IMG/VR virus record: IMGVR_UViG_3300025138_000048
Span: 1 to 56,054 of that record
Direction: 5' to 3' (one strand)
DNA from: a virus
Lineage: Duplodnaviria; Caudoviricetes
DNA length: 56,054 nt
In this document: positions 27,833 through 38,364 of the stretch, one piece after another
Layout: every line of letters begins with the position of its first letter
Numbering within the stretch: position 1 is the first letter of the stretch
Program-made: the position numbers and the translations under genes
The notes under the pieces: generated by a model
The model's database searches: none
Told to the model about the DNA's origin: nothing
The model's input: only the letters and a program-made list of their open reading frames with translations

Positions 27833-28513
27833 ATGGCAACAAGAGCATTAATAGCATATTTAGATGATAGTAAGCAACTAACATCAACCTACAACCATTA
27901 CGATGGTTATCCTGAATATCTAGGTAAAATATTAAAGGAACACTACAATGGAGAAGCATTAGCCAAATCTGTAGCTAGTAAAGGTTATATTTCAAATATA
28001 GATGAAGATGGGACTATCAATTCAAAATTTAATGAACCAGCAGATATAATGGTACTTGATGAAGGAGCATTTACAGCAGGAATGCAAATTGGAGAAAAAG
28101 TAGTTGAATATGGTGGTGATTATGGGTATATTTGGTTTAATAGCACATGGAATGTTGTAAAAAATAATGGTGTTGAGAGTATGGCTAAGCAGTTAGACAC
28201 TGAATTAGGAGAATCAGGTATGTTTATGGTAGATGAAAATTTAAATAAATTAAAAGTAGAAAATATTATGGAAGAAGGTTACGAAGCAAAATGGGCTAAA
28301 TTTTTAAATGAAGCCAAAGAATTAGATTTTGATGTTATTAAAAATTATATTTCAAAAAACAAAAATATTGATGGAGATGATTTTGCACTAGATGCTTATA
28401 TCGATTCATTAAAAAATAGCTTTAGAATAAGCAAAGACGACTACGCAGATTACGAAATGGACGATTACATTGAGGATTTCGATAATTACGTCGCAGATAA
28501 AATGGACTCATAA
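27833..28513 (+). CDS. Hypothetical phage protein
   Basis: MATRALI...YNHYDGYP motif of a widespread phage family; acidic tail; ATATGTATAA upstream. Confidence 0.7.
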   Translation: MATRALIAYLDDSKQLTSTYNHYDGYPEYLGKILKEHYNGEALAKSVASKGYISNIDEDGTINSKFNEPADIMVLDEGAFTAGMQIGEKVVEYGGDYGYIWFNSTWNVVKNNGVESMAKQLDTELGESGMFMVDENLNKLKVENIMEEGYEAKWAKFLNEAKELDFDVIKNYISKNKNIDGDDFALDAYIDSLKNSFRISKDDYADYEMDDYIEDFDNYVADKMDS

Positions 28514-28527
28514 GTCTATTAAAAGAA

Positions 28528-28647
28528 CCAACCTTTATACTATAGGTTGGATAACACGGTCAAATTTATTATCGTTCCCGTTCGACATTTGAATAATGTA
28601 CAAGTCGGCTACGATAAGTTATCTTAAGTAGTAGGCCACTACGTTTT
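28528..28647 (+). ncRNA. Candidate structured cis-regulatory RNA leader
   Basis: Nested stems GATAAC/GTTATC, TTATCGT/ACGATAA, TCGAC/GTCGG; flanking hairpins CCAACCT/AGGTTGG and GTAGT/ACTAC+GTTTT. Confidence 0.5.
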
Positions 28648-28681
28648 CAAATTAAACTAATTATTAACAAAAATCAAAAAA

Positions 28682-29107
28682 ATGAAAAAAATGATTTTAA
28701 CATTAGCTCTATCTCTGCTTGTTGCAGTTGGGGTTAATGCACAAAATGTAAAAGGTGACTGGTACGTAGGTACAGGTGACATCGCAAATTTATCATGGAC
28801 TGAATGGTCTGTATCTCCTTCAATGGGTTATGCAGTATCAGACAAACTAATGGTAGGTTTAAATGTATCTCAAACTGATTCAAGTTCAGATTTAGAGTTA
28901 GATATACATGCAAGATATTTTATGACACTAGGTGGTCATGATTTATTCTTATATGGATCTGCTCCAAATTTAGATACTGACAATATAAGTTTGGGTTTAG
29001 GAAAAATGTTTACACTGCATAAAGGTGTATTTGTTGATCCTAAAATCGTTTATAATGTAGGAGAAAAAACGACTAACATGATGTTAGGGTTTGGACTTAA
29101 GTTTTAA
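28682..29107 (+). CDS. Small outer-membrane beta-barrel protein
   Basis: Sec signal peptide (..VNA-Q), alternating amphipathic strands, C-terminal GFGLKF beta-signal. Confidence 0.8.
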   Translation: MKKMILTLALSLLVAVGVNAQNVKGDWYVGTGDIANLSWTEWSVSPSMGYAVSDKLMVGLNVSQTDSSSDLELDIHARYFMTLGGHDLFLYGSAPNLDTDNISLGLGKMFTLHKGVFVDPKIVYNVGEKTTNMMLGFGLKF

Positions 29108-29133
29108 TTATTGTTTAACTTAAAATAAATAAA

Positions 29134-29361
29134 ATGGAAAATGTAATCAAGTATGTAACAGGATTTTTTAGTGGATTATTGTCAATTATGATGGCAGTGG
29201 TACCAGTAGCAATTCTGTGGAATGTATTAACTGGTGGAACGGTATTCGGAATGGATATTGTAGCTAATTTAACAGCACTACTAAACACTTTTGGTGATGG
29301 TGGATTTGTTGGATTAATAGCACTAGTTATTTTAACTAAATTTTTCGTAGATAGAAAATAA
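29134..29361 (+). CDS. Small membrane protein
   Basis: Two hydrophobic segments. Confidence 0.7.
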   Translation: MENVIKYVTGFFSGLLSIMMAVVPVAILWNVLTGGTVFGMDIVANLTALLNTFGDGGFVGLIALVILTKFFVDRK

Positions 29362-29387
29362 GTTAATTAAAACTACAAATAAAAGGA

Positions 29388-29420
29388 CCGGTGTATCCGT
29401 TTGGATACCCGGTTTTTTTT
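29388..29420 (+). terminator. Intrinsic terminator
   Basis: CCGG-T-GTATCC-GTTT-GGATAC-CCGG followed by T8. Confidence 0.85.
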
Positions 29421-29453
29421 ATGTATATTTACGTATATTTAAAAGCAAAAGTT

Positions 29454-29831
29454 ATGTGTAATGTTAGTTGGTGTAATAGAAAAACTGAATTTTATAACGC
29501 TTCACAGCGATATAAATACTGTTCTATTCATAATCAGTATAAAAAATATGCTGCTAATGCCCCATCTAGACCACATTTAATGTATAAAGTTGAAAAAATA
29601 TTAAATAATGAATTAAAATGTGAAGAATGTGGTTATGATGCTAAAAAATTTCACCCTAATAGACCCATAAAACAATTAGCAGGATTATTTGATGTTGATC
29701 ATATTATATCAGATACTAAACATACGATTGAAGGTGAACAACCATCAAATTATAAATTATTATGTAAACAGTGTCATATATTAAAATCATATGATAATGG
29801 TGATTTTATATCAAAAAATAATAGAAAGTAA
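29454..29831 (+). CDS. HNH endonuclease
   Basis: CEECG, DVDHI, NYKLLCKQCH; start moved to ATG 29454. Confidence 0.8.
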   Translation: MCNVSWCNRKTEFYNASQRYKYCSIHNQYKKYAANAPSRPHLMYKVEKILNNELKCEECGYDAKKFHPNRPIKQLAGLFDVDHIISDTKHTIEGEQPSNYKLLCKQCHILKSYDNGDFISKNNRK

Positions 29832-29842
29832 ATGCGAAAAAA

Positions 29843-29928
29843 TTTGGTTACCGCAAATAGGGTTCGTATATTTACAGGGTAAAACAGGTGAGAACCCAAA
29901 TAATATTAATTAAAAAATAAAGGTTATG
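29843..29928 (+). promoter_or_regulatory. Early promoter and leader with hairpin
   Basis: TTTGG(29843)-N15-TTCGTATATTT; GGT-GAGA-ACC hairpin; AAATAAAGGTTATG. Confidence 0.75.
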
Positions 29929-30720
29929 TTAAATCAAGAAAAAATAAGTTCGAAAAAAGTAGTTGAAACTCCAACATTAAAGATGAGTGTAAAAACTGTT
30001 AAAATGAATAATTTAAATTTTGATAAAAAATTATTTGAACCAATGGCAACTGGAACTAAAGTTGATGCATTTTTTAGTGCTGAAGGTGGTGTTATGCCTG
30101 GTACAAATGTTGTAGTTACTGGTGATCCTGGTGTTGGTAAAACAACAGTATTATTAGATATATTAGGTGATCTTCAAATGAAGGGTAAAAAATGTTTGTT
30201 TATAAGTGGAGAAATGAATGCTATCGATATGGTAGGATATGTTCGTAGATTTCCAAAATTTGGTGATTTAGATATATTATTTATGGGTGATTATGCTGAA
30301 GTAAATCCTGATGTAGTATTAAGAACAGCACTTAAAGAAGGATATGATTGTGTATTAATAGATTCATTAGCAGAAATAAGTGATAATTATGTTGATCATT
30401 TTGGAGGTACTGGTAAATCAAATACTAATAGAATACTTCAATTACTTGATGAGCATAATCAAGCTAGTAATGATGCTAAAATAAATAGTACATTTTTAAT
30501 AATACAACAAGTTACTAAAGGTGGAACGTTTGTTGGGTCAAATAAAATAAAGCATATGACAACAGCAATGGGTCATTTAAAATTTGATAGTGATGGAGGT
30601 AGATTTTTTCACTTTAGTAAAAATCGTAGAGGTGGAAATGGTAACAAATTATTTTTTAATTTAGATAGTAAAAATAAAGTAAATTGGTTATTTGATGAGC
30701 CTATAAACATGGGGGTATAA
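29926..30720 (+). CDS. RadA/Sms-like RecA-superfamily ATPase
   Basis: Walker A GDPGVGKT, ISGEM, VLIDS, QVTKGG..GS, SKNRRG (KNRFG-like). Confidence 0.8.
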   Translation: MLNQEKISSKKVVETPTLKMSVKTVKMNNLNFDKKLFEPMATGTKVDAFFSAEGGVMPGTNVVVTGDPGVGKTTVLLDILGDLQMKGKKCLFISGEMNAIDMVGYVRRFPKFGDLDILFMGDYAEVNPDVVLRTALKEGYDCVLIDSLAEISDNYVDHFGGTGKSNTNRILQLLDEHNQASNDAKINSTFLIIQQVTKGGTFVGSNKIKHMTTAMGHLKFDSDGGRFFHFSKNRRGGNGNKLFFNLDSKNKVNWLFDEPINMGV

Positions 30721-30908
30721 TGATAAATTATTTAATAGTGGGAATAGTATTTACTTTTATAATAGATACTATGAATAATAACTTAAAATCAAGATTAGAA
30801 TTTACTAATTTTGAAAGAATAATATGTGTTATGGTTTGGCCTATTGGATTATTTTCATTTATAGTAGGAATTATAGAAGAATTTTTAAATAATAAAAAAG
30901 ATGATTAA
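30720..30908 (+). CDS. Small membrane protein
   Basis: Two hydrophobic segments, WP motif. Confidence 0.6.
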   Translation: MINYLIVGIVFTFIIDTMNNNLKSRLEFTNFERIICVMVWPIGLFSFIVGIIEEFLNNKKDD

Positions 30909-31257
30909 AGTAGTAGATTTATTAATAGGAGGGGGAATGTTTTTAGTAGCCCATGTATTGACATTTTATCAATTAAATGGACAATTTTTAAAATCCACTG
31001 ATTGGTTTAGAAAAAATGAAATTATAGTAGCAGCTTGTGGTATGATATTATCGTTTTTTTATATTTGGGGAACTAAATATACGGTAGCAGGTGTAGGAGG
31101 TTTATTATGGCCTGCTAGATTTATTGGATTTGGAATTGGTATGATTATATATGCTATATTTGTTGGGTTTCATTTTAATGAAGGTATAACACCAAAAACA
31201 TTAGTTAGTTTAGTATTAGCATTATTGTTAGTATGCATTCAAGTATTATGGAAGTAA
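30901..31257 (+). CDS. Four-TM membrane protein (SMR/DMT-like topology)
   Basis: Four hydrophobic segments in 118 aa. Confidence 0.6.
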   Translation: MIKVVDLLIGGGMFLVAHVLTFYQLNGQFLKSTDWFRKNEIIVAACGMILSFFYIWGTKYTVAGVGGLLWPARFIGFGIGMIIYAIFVGFHFNEGITPKTLVSLVLALLLVCIQVLWK

Positions 31258-31307
31258 AATCGAAAAAGCTTTCTATACAATTATCCAGATTATAATATGT
31301 ATATACA

Positions 31308-31529
31308 ATGATAACAGATTACCTAAAATATGTAAATAATGAAGCCTATGTGGTTAAGCGTGAGACGCCTACCCATATGTTTTCCCAAAAGGGATCGAAT
31401 AAATTGAATATGGAGTTACTTCAAGCGTGGAGGGATTATTTAGGGTGTGATCATGTTTTGAGAACACCAACCCATTTTCTAATGTGTGAAACTATTAGCG
31501 AAGCTGAAATAGTAGAGGAAAATGAGTAA
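31308..31529 (+). CDS. Hypothetical protein
   Basis: 73-aa ORF; ATATGTATA upstream. Confidence 0.6.
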   Translation: MITDYLKYVNNEAYVVKRETPTHMFSQKGSNKLNMELLQAWRDYLGCDHVLRTPTHFLMCETISEAEIVEENE

Positions 31530-31734
31530 AATTAAGTATGATGAGTTTGATGATGAGATGAATCCATTTCATCCTTGTTTGAAGTGTGGAGCGACTGAAT
31601 TTAGCATGAATTGGGACACTGGATTGTATCAATGCGATAGTTGTGGGCAAACTTTGCAAGCCGAGTATGAAAAGAAAACAAAGAAAACAGTAAAACGTTT
31701 TCGTAATTTAAAAGATGATAATGAAATTTATTAA
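31522..31734 (+). CDS. Small Zn-ribbon protein
   Basis: CLKCG...CDSCG. Confidence 0.65.
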   Translation: MSKIKYDEFDDEMNPFHPCLKCGATEFSMNWDTGLYQCDSCGQTLQAEYEKKTKKTVKRFRNLKDDNEIY

Positions 31735-32035
31735 GTATTTAATTGTATGGATTAGCCAACAGTTAGCAATGCCATTTTGGATTGTGGGGCACGTTCATCT
31801 ATCGATGAATATGTCTATTTATGATGATGTAAAAATCCTTTTCGCTTCGCTTGGAATGCATTTAATTGTTGCTGTTGGGTTTTGGTTTGATTGGTTGGAA
31901 TATAAAAAAACTAAGATAGATCATATAAAGAACTTAACCCAAATGATTAATAACAATACTAAGAAGGTGAACGATGCCCACGTTAAAACAAGTCGCATAG
32001 TGGATGAAATAAGTAAAATGAAAATATATAAATAA
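31715..32035 (+). CDS. Hypothetical membrane protein
   Basis: Hydrophobic N-terminal half. Confidence 0.6.
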   Translation: MIMKFIKYLIVWISQQLAMPFWIVGHVHLSMNMSIYDDVKILFASLGMHLIVAVGFWFDWLEYKKTKIDHIKNLTQMINNNTKKVNDAHVKTSRIVDEISKMKIYK

Positions 32036-32036
32036 T

Positions 32037-32738
32037 ATGAGAAAAATTAAAAACTTTAAGTGGGGATGGATGGAAACATCTGAGCTTGGTGAATTCCACA
32101 AAAAACAAATTAAAGAAGAAATATTTACACAAGGCGCTTATGAAAGGTTTTTTAAAGTAAATAAAGGAGATGTTGTATTAGATGTAGGTGCTTCAACTGG
32201 ACCTTTTACCTATTCTATATTAGATAAAGAACCATCGCGTGTTATTTGTATTGAACCTTCAGATAAAGAATATGATTTATTAGAAGAAAATACTCAATCT
32301 GATAGTAGTGAAGTTATTATAGTTAAAAAAGCAATAGGTCCAGACGATAGTAAAATTACTACAAAGGAAATATTTGGTTCTAATGGAATTTCTGTTGAAG
32401 TACCTTCAATATCATTTCCAACATTTATAAAAGAATATAATATTGATTATATCAATTTTTTAAAAACTGACTGTGAGGGTGGGGAATATAATATTTTTAA
32501 TGAAGAAAATATTGAGTGGATTAAGAAAAATGTTGATGTAATTGTAGGTGAGTGGCATCTTAAGGTACAAGATGGGGATTTAAGAGAAAAATTTAGAGAA
32601 TTTAGAGAGAGATATTTGAAATCATTTCCTAATTTTAAAATATATTCACTTAATGGGGTTGATATTACATGGGATATTTGGAATGAACATTTTATTAAAT
32701 ATTATAATCAAGTAATAATTTATATAGATAATAGATGA
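32037..32738 (+). CDS. FkbM-family methyltransferase
   Basis: VLDVGASTG, IEP, LKTDCEGGE, GEWH. Confidence 0.85.
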   Translation: MRKIKNFKWGWMETSELGEFHKKQIKEEIFTQGAYERFFKVNKGDVVLDVGASTGPFTYSILDKEPSRVICIEPSDKEYDLLEENTQSDSSEVIIVKKAIGPDDSKITTKEIFGSNGISVEVPSISFPTFIKEYNIDYINFLKTDCEGGEYNIFNEENIEWIKKNVDVIVGEWHLKVQDGDLREKFREFRERYLKSFPNFKIYSLNGVDITWDIWNEHFIKYYNQVIIYIDNR

Positions 32739-33295
32739 AAAATTTAATACAAACTGAAGATGGGCAGGATTATAGCCGAGTAGACATTAGATGTTTTAGA
32801 CATGATGGGGTTATTGTAGATGTAGGGTGTTTAGATTGGAATTGGTCAAAAATGTTTATAGGAAAAAAACGAGTTATTGGTATAGATCCTCAAGAAAAAC
32901 CTATTAAAGGTGTTGAATTATTTAAAGGGTTTTTAGGACCTTGTGATGGAATATCTCGTCTTTATGGTAGTGGTCAAGGGGCTGGAATGGCAAATGTAAG
33001 TTCTGAAAGTAACTTATATGATATGATTTCATTTAAAACATTGTGTAAAAAATTTGAAATAGATAAAATATCTGTATTAAAAATAAATATTGAAGGAGCG
33101 GAATACCCATTACTTCATAGTATGACTGTTAGTGATTTTGATAAAATAGATCAAATAGCTGTAAGCTTCCATGATTGGTTAGATAATGATCAATCTGCTT
33201 TAAAATATGCTTCTATAAAATTACTAGAAAAAGTAGGATTTAAAGTAGAATCCATTTTCCCTCAGTGGGGCTGGTATTTAGCTATTAAAAAATAA
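32735..33295 (+). CDS. FkbM-like methyltransferase
   Basis: IVDVGC, LKINIEGAEY, QIAVSFH. Confidence 0.75.
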   Translation: MKNLIQTEDGQDYSRVDIRCFRHDGVIVDVGCLDWNWSKMFIGKKRVIGIDPQEKPIKGVELFKGFLGPCDGISRLYGSGQGAGMANVSSESNLYDMISFKTLCKKFEIDKISVLKINIEGAEYPLLHSMTVSDFDKIDQIAVSFHDWLDNDQSALKYASIKLLEKVGFKVESIFPQWGWYLAIKK

Positions 33296-33306
33296 TTGCG
33301 AAAATA

Positions 33307-33390
33307 TTTGGTTACCGCAGAGAGGGTTCGTATATTTACAACGTAAATAAGGCAAGAAGCCGGAAAACAAAATTAAAAATAAAGGTTATG
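33307..33390 (+). promoter_or_regulatory. Early promoter and leader with hairpin
   Basis: TTTGG(33307)-N15-TTCGTATATTT; GGC-AAGAA-GCC; AAATAAAGGTTATG. Confidence 0.75.
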
Positions 33391-33702
33391 CAAAAAGATA
33401 AAGTAAAATATCAAGAGTTATTAAATAGTGAGTGGAATATGTTTAGTGGTCATAATGATGGTTTGATTACATTTAATGAATATCTTGGATTCAATAAAGT
33501 TGCTTCAGCAATTGAAGAAATTTTTGCCAACAAATATAGTGAAGATACAGTTAGAGAGTGGAGAGAAGATAATGTTCAAAATGATAAAGATGATATTTGT
33601 GCATATTCAGGATTGCCTTCACCATTAAGTTATGCAAATGAGGAAATTGAAGTTCCTTGTTCTGCTGATTTAGATTTACAAATGTATAACGAAAGTATTT
33701 AA
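33388..33702 (+). CDS. Hypothetical acidic protein
   Basis: 104-aa ORF after the promoter. Confidence 0.65.
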   Translation: MQKDKVKYQELLNSEWNMFSGHNDGLITFNEYLGFNKVASAIEEIFANKYSEDTVREWREDNVQNDKDDICAYSGLPSPLSYANEEIEVPCSADLDLQMYNESI

Positions 33703-33703
33703 T

Positions 33704-34987
33704 ATGACTGAATTACAAGAATTTATTGAAGAAATGAGGAGCACTAGTAGTGCTACCGATAAAATTGCGATTATAGCGCGTAGTTCTGCGTTTATACATG
33801 ATGTACTTGAAGCGACATATAATCCTTACAAACAATATCATGTTACAGGTAAAACGTGCAAGAAAAATGGAGAAAAAGTTGCAATGGGATCAGTAGTTCC
33901 ATTACTTCAACTTTTAAATATGCTTTCTACAAGAGAAGTTACAGGACATGATGCAATTAAATTAGTAAATAGATTTGCTCAAGCTCATATAGATTGGGAT
34001 TTAATTTATAAAATTATTGATAAAGATTTAGGTATTAGAGCTGGAGCTAAAGTTATTAATAAAGCAGTACCTGGTCTTATTCCTGAATTTAATGTAGTGT
34101 TAGCTCAAGAGTATAAAGGTAAATGTGATTGGAATGATGAGTGGTATGTCTCCAGAAAATTAGATGGTGTTAGATGTATAGCTAGAGTTGATAGTGAGGG
34201 CAATTGCTCATTATTTAGTAGAACAGGTAAAGAATTTACTACATTAAATAAAGTTAAAGAAGCTATTGAAAATACTGGTATTATTAGTACTACATTTGAT
34301 GGTGAGATTTGTTTAGTTGATGAAGATGGTAATGAAGATTTTCAAGGTGTAATGAAGCAATTGAGACGTAAAGATCATCAAATTAAAAATCCAGCATATA
34401 TGGTATTTGATATGTTGAGAAATGATGAATTTGATAGTGGTAAAGGTACAGAGACATTACTAACACGTTTGCTTAAATGTAGGTCTTGGGTTAGAAATAA
34501 TTTAGATACGCCGATGGTAGAAAGTAAAAATGATATTTTGCGTTTTACAGATCAAACATTAATTACAGGTGAAGATCATTTTGAACATTGGAGAAATATT
34601 GAATGTAAAGATAATTGGGAAGGATTAATGTTACGTAAGAATTGTGGTTATGAAGGTAAGCGTACTAAAAACTTGGTTAAGGTGAAGAAATTCCATGATG
34701 CTGAGTATGAGGTATTAGGGTGGGATAATGATACACATGAGGTAGTTAGGAATGGTAAGTCTGAATCAATGACGATGTTAGCTCAGGTTTGGATCGAGCA
34801 TAAAGGACACATTGTAAAGGTGGGTAGTGGATTTACTCAAGAGCAACGTTTGGAGTATATGGATGGATCAATTTTAGGTAAAATAATTACTGTTCAATAT
34901 TTTGAAGAAACCAAAAATGATAAAGGTGGTATTAGTTTAAGATTCCCAACTGTAAAGGTAATACATGGGAATGAACGTGAAATGTAA
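33704..34987 (+). CDS. ATP-dependent DNA ligase
   Basis: KLDGVR, FDGEI, VFD, EGLMLR, KVKK, VGSGF, SLRFP. Confidence 0.95.
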   Translation: MTELQEFIEEMRSTSSATDKIAIIARSSAFIHDVLEATYNPYKQYHVTGKTCKKNGEKVAMGSVVPLLQLLNMLSTREVTGHDAIKLVNRFAQAHIDWDLIYKIIDKDLGIRAGAKVINKAVPGLIPEFNVVLAQEYKGKCDWNDEWYVSRKLDGVRCIARVDSEGNCSLFSRTGKEFTTLNKVKEAIENTGIISTTFDGEICLVDEDGNEDFQGVMKQLRRKDHQIKNPAYMVFDMLRNDEFDSGKGTETLLTRLLKCRSWVRNNLDTPMVESKNDILRFTDQTLITGEDHFEHWRNIECKDNWEGLMLRKNCGYEGKRTKNLVKVKKFHDAEYEVLGWDNDTHEVVRNGKSESMTMLAQVWIEHKGHIVKVGSGFTQEQRLEYMDGSILGKIITVQYFEETKNDKGGISLRFPTVKVIHGNEREM

Positions 34988-35001
34988 ATTAAATAATAAT
35001 A

Positions 35002-35814
35002 ATGATAAACAATGATAATTTTATAATTTGGTTAGAAGGGTATATGGATGCTCTTGAATCTAAAGGAGTTGAAAAGATTGAAACTAGTATAATAAGAAAT
35101 AAACTTAAAACTATAAATCTTCAACACTTTGCTAGAAAGCTTTATAGTCAAAATAGTGAAGATGGTATAACTATAAAGTTAATTGAGATGTTATATGATA
35201 ATCCTGAAAATAAAAATTATGTTGAGTTTGGGGTTGAAGATGGTATGCAATGTAATACAAAAGTATTAAGGAAAAACTATGGTTGGAATGGATTAATGAT
35301 GGATGGGACTTATTATAATTCTTTTATAAATTTACAATCAGAATTTGTAACTAGAGAAAATGTTTGTAGTTTATTTGAAAAATATAATATACCTAAAAAT
35401 ATTAATTTATTATGTGTTGATATAGATATGAATGACTATTGGGTTTTAAAAGAAATAATCAAAGAATATACTGCAGATATTATAATTACTGAATATAATG
35501 GTCATCTAGCAGCAACAGAATCTAAAACTGTTCCCTATAAACCCGAAAATATGTGGGATGGAACCAATTATTATGGAGCCTCTTTATTAGCATTTAACAA
35601 ATTATTAGAACCTGCAGGGTATACTTTAGTATGTTGTGATCCTAATGGAGTTAATGCTTTTTTTGTAAAAACAACACTATTAAAAGAAAGAAATATCAAT
35701 ATTAAAAATGCTGGTAATGTTGGAGAATTATTTACACCCATGAATCAAAGTGGTAGTGGAAGAGCAAAAGAACACCCAGCTGATAAAAAGAATAGAAAAT
35801 ATATTAATGTATAA
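35002..35814 (+). CDS. FkbM-like methyltransferase
   Basis: YSQNSEDG, YVEFGVEDG, VDIDMNDY, YGASL, NAFFV. Confidence 0.7.
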   Translation: MINNDNFIIWLEGYMDALESKGVEKIETSIIRNKLKTINLQHFARKLYSQNSEDGITIKLIEMLYDNPENKNYVEFGVEDGMQCNTKVLRKNYGWNGLMMDGTYYNSFINLQSEFVTRENVCSLFEKYNIPKNINLLCVDIDMNDYWVLKEIIKEYTADIIITEYNGHLAATESKTVPYKPENMWDGTNYYGASLLAFNKLLEPAGYTLVCCDPNGVNAFFVKTTLLKERNINIKNAGNVGELFTPMNQSGSGRAKEHPADKKNRKYINV

Positions 35815-36276
35815 AAAGGTATTAGATTATATTGAAAACGTATTAGAAGTACCAAGAGATGAATATAATGGTATGCCTACTTGTCCTTTTGCTAAAAAAG
35901 AACGTGAAAATGATAAAATTTACATAGATACTTTAAGTAGTGATAATGGTTTTATAGTTTGTATGAATAATTTTATAAAATCTAGTAAGAATTCAGCTGT
36001 TTTTATAAATAGTGTTAATTTAAGTGAAAGAGACACTAAAAGATACCAACATTTTTTAAATAATACATTAAAAACATTAGATTTAAGTAATTGGAAGGCA
36101 TTATGTATAAATCCTAATGATAATTTAGAAGTAGATGGATTTAATGCTAGATCATTAGCACCTTGTTTTTTAGTTTTGATAAATGACAAAAAGGACATAT
36201 ATTATGCACATAAGAGTATGAAAGACACAAAATATTACGATAAGATGGATCTAAAATACAAAAAATATTTAGGAGT

Positions 36277-36280
<4 letters not shown>
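35807..36280 (+). CDS. Hypothetical protein (DUF1415-like CPFA motif)
   Basis: PTCPFAK; start moved to ATG 35807. Confidence 0.6.
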
Positions 36281-36825
<545 letters not shown>

Positions 36826-36838
36826 CAATTTTTTTATA

Positions 36839-37756
36839 ATGGATAGAAAACCAGCTATTAAAATAGATACTAGAGCATTAGGTGATACTATATGTTCTAT
36901 TCCTGTTCTAAATAAGTTAGCAAAAGCTTACGAACAACCCCTTACAGTATTTACTGCTCATCCTATTTTATTTAAGAATCATCCTTCTGTATTAGAAACT
37001 AAAGGTATTGATGATAATACTGAAGGCTACACACTACATAAAACTTGCATATTTGATAACATTAAAATGCATAATAATATAGATATTAGACAATTTAATG
37101 CTTGGGATATTGGAATTTCATTAACAACTGATGAACTAGAATGTGATATGTATTGTGAAGATGCATTAGAAATTGATGTTACTAAGTATGTTATAATTCA
37201 TCCTTCAAAAACTTGGGAGAGTAGAACATGGAGTGAAGATAATTGGCAAAAATTAACTAATAAATTAATTGATAATAATATTCCTGTTGTTATTGTAGGT
37301 AGTAGTTTAAATCAAAAGGAATGGTGTACTAATGAATTAAAATGGGTTAATAAAGATATATGTAATATTGAAGGAGGTATTAGTTTAATTAACTCTACTT
37401 CTATACCAGAATTAAGATATATAATGAATAATCATGCTTTGTGTGTTGTTACTGCTGATAGTGGAATATTACACGTAGCTGGATCAACTGATTGTGAAAT
37501 AATACAATTAGGTAGTTCATTTAATCATAAATTAAGAGCTCCTTGGAGAAAATCAAGTCAAGATTATAAGTATCAATATATTAAAGGTGAGTGTGAAATT
37601 GCTTGTGGGAGTAATATGAAATATGGATTAAAAGAATGGAATGCTATAAATGGTATTCCACCTCTTGCAAATTGTTTAGAAGGATACACTGAATTTAAAT
37701 GTCATTCTAAAGTTGATGATGTTTTTAATAGTATATTAAAGTTAAAAAATAGTTAG
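36839..37756 (+). CDS. Glycosyltransferase family 9 (heptosyltransferase-like)
   Basis: ALGDTI, IIHP..W.SR.W, VVTADSGILHVAG; start moved to ATG 36839, after the tRNA. Confidence 0.85.
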   Translation: MDRKPAIKIDTRALGDTICSIPVLNKLAKAYEQPLTVFTAHPILFKNHPSVLETKGIDDNTEGYTLHKTCIFDNIKMHNNIDIRQFNAWDIGISLTTDELECDMYCEDALEIDVTKYVIIHPSKTWESRTWSEDNWQKLTNKLIDNNIPVVIVGSSLNQKEWCTNELKWVNKDICNIEGGISLINSTSIPELRYIMNNHALCVVTADSGILHVAGSTDCEIIQLGSSFNHKLRAPWRKSSQDYKYQYIKGECEIACGSNMKYGLKEWNAINGIPPLANCLEGYTEFKCHSKVDDVFNSILKLKNS

Positions 37757-37789
37757 GATTATTAATAAATTTATTGTATATTTACAGAT

Positions 37790-37969
37790 ATGAAAGCAAC
37801 ATATAAGAAAGATTATTTTATTATCCCTATTAAAGTAGGAGATACTATATTAACAGGAAGATTTAGAAATAAACCAGTTAAAGTAAAAGAAATTGGTATA
37901 GATGATTTGGGTCAACCAACAGTTAATGGAACAGCTATTTTAAAATTTAGGTTACCTAAATTAATGTAA
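37790..37969 (+). CDS. Small hypothetical protein (59 aa, not in ORF track)
   Basis: IKVGDTILTGRFRNKPVKVKEIG...; promoter-like TTAGG...TTGTATATTT upstream. Confidence 0.65.
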   Translation: MKATYKKDYFIIPIKVGDTILTGRFRNKPVKVKEIGIDDLGQPTVNGTAILKFRLPKLM

Positions 37970-37980
37970 AAAATTAAACT

Positions 37981-38364
37981 ATGAAAGTAGAAGTATCAAA
38001 TGGAGAATTACTAGATAAATTATCAATTTTAGAAATTAAATTAAAAAATATTACTGATGAAGAAAAGTTAGTAAATATTCAAAATGAATTTGATGTATTA
38101 AATCCTCTAGCTGAAGACATTTTTGATAATAATGATTCAGATTTGCAAAACCATTATTTGGAATTAGAAAATATTAATTCTCAATTATGGAAAATTGAAG
38201 ATGATATTAGAGAATGTGAAAGGAATAAAGATTTTGGAGAGAAATTTGTAGAATTAGCTAGAGATGTTTATATTACTAATGATAAACGTTGTGAAGTTAA
38301 AAAAATTATAAACATTTCAACAGGATCTGAATTAGTTGAAGAAAAAGGATATGAAGAATATTGA
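37981..38364 (+). CDS. DUF6165-like hypothetical protein
   Basis: SNGELLDKLSILEIK, LWKIEDDIR, ARDVYITNDKR, SELVEEK. Confidence 0.75.
   Translation: MKVEVSNGELLDKLSILEIKLKNITDEEKLVNIQNEFDVLNPLAEDIFDNNDSDLQNHYLELENINSQLWKIEDDIRECERNKDFGEKFVELARDVYITNDKRCEVKKIINISTGSELVEEKGYEEY

Noticed and set aside
29391-29453. Longer N-terminus for the HNH gene
   Set aside because: It overlaps the terminator/promoter; AAAAGTTATG at 29454 matches the genome's start context
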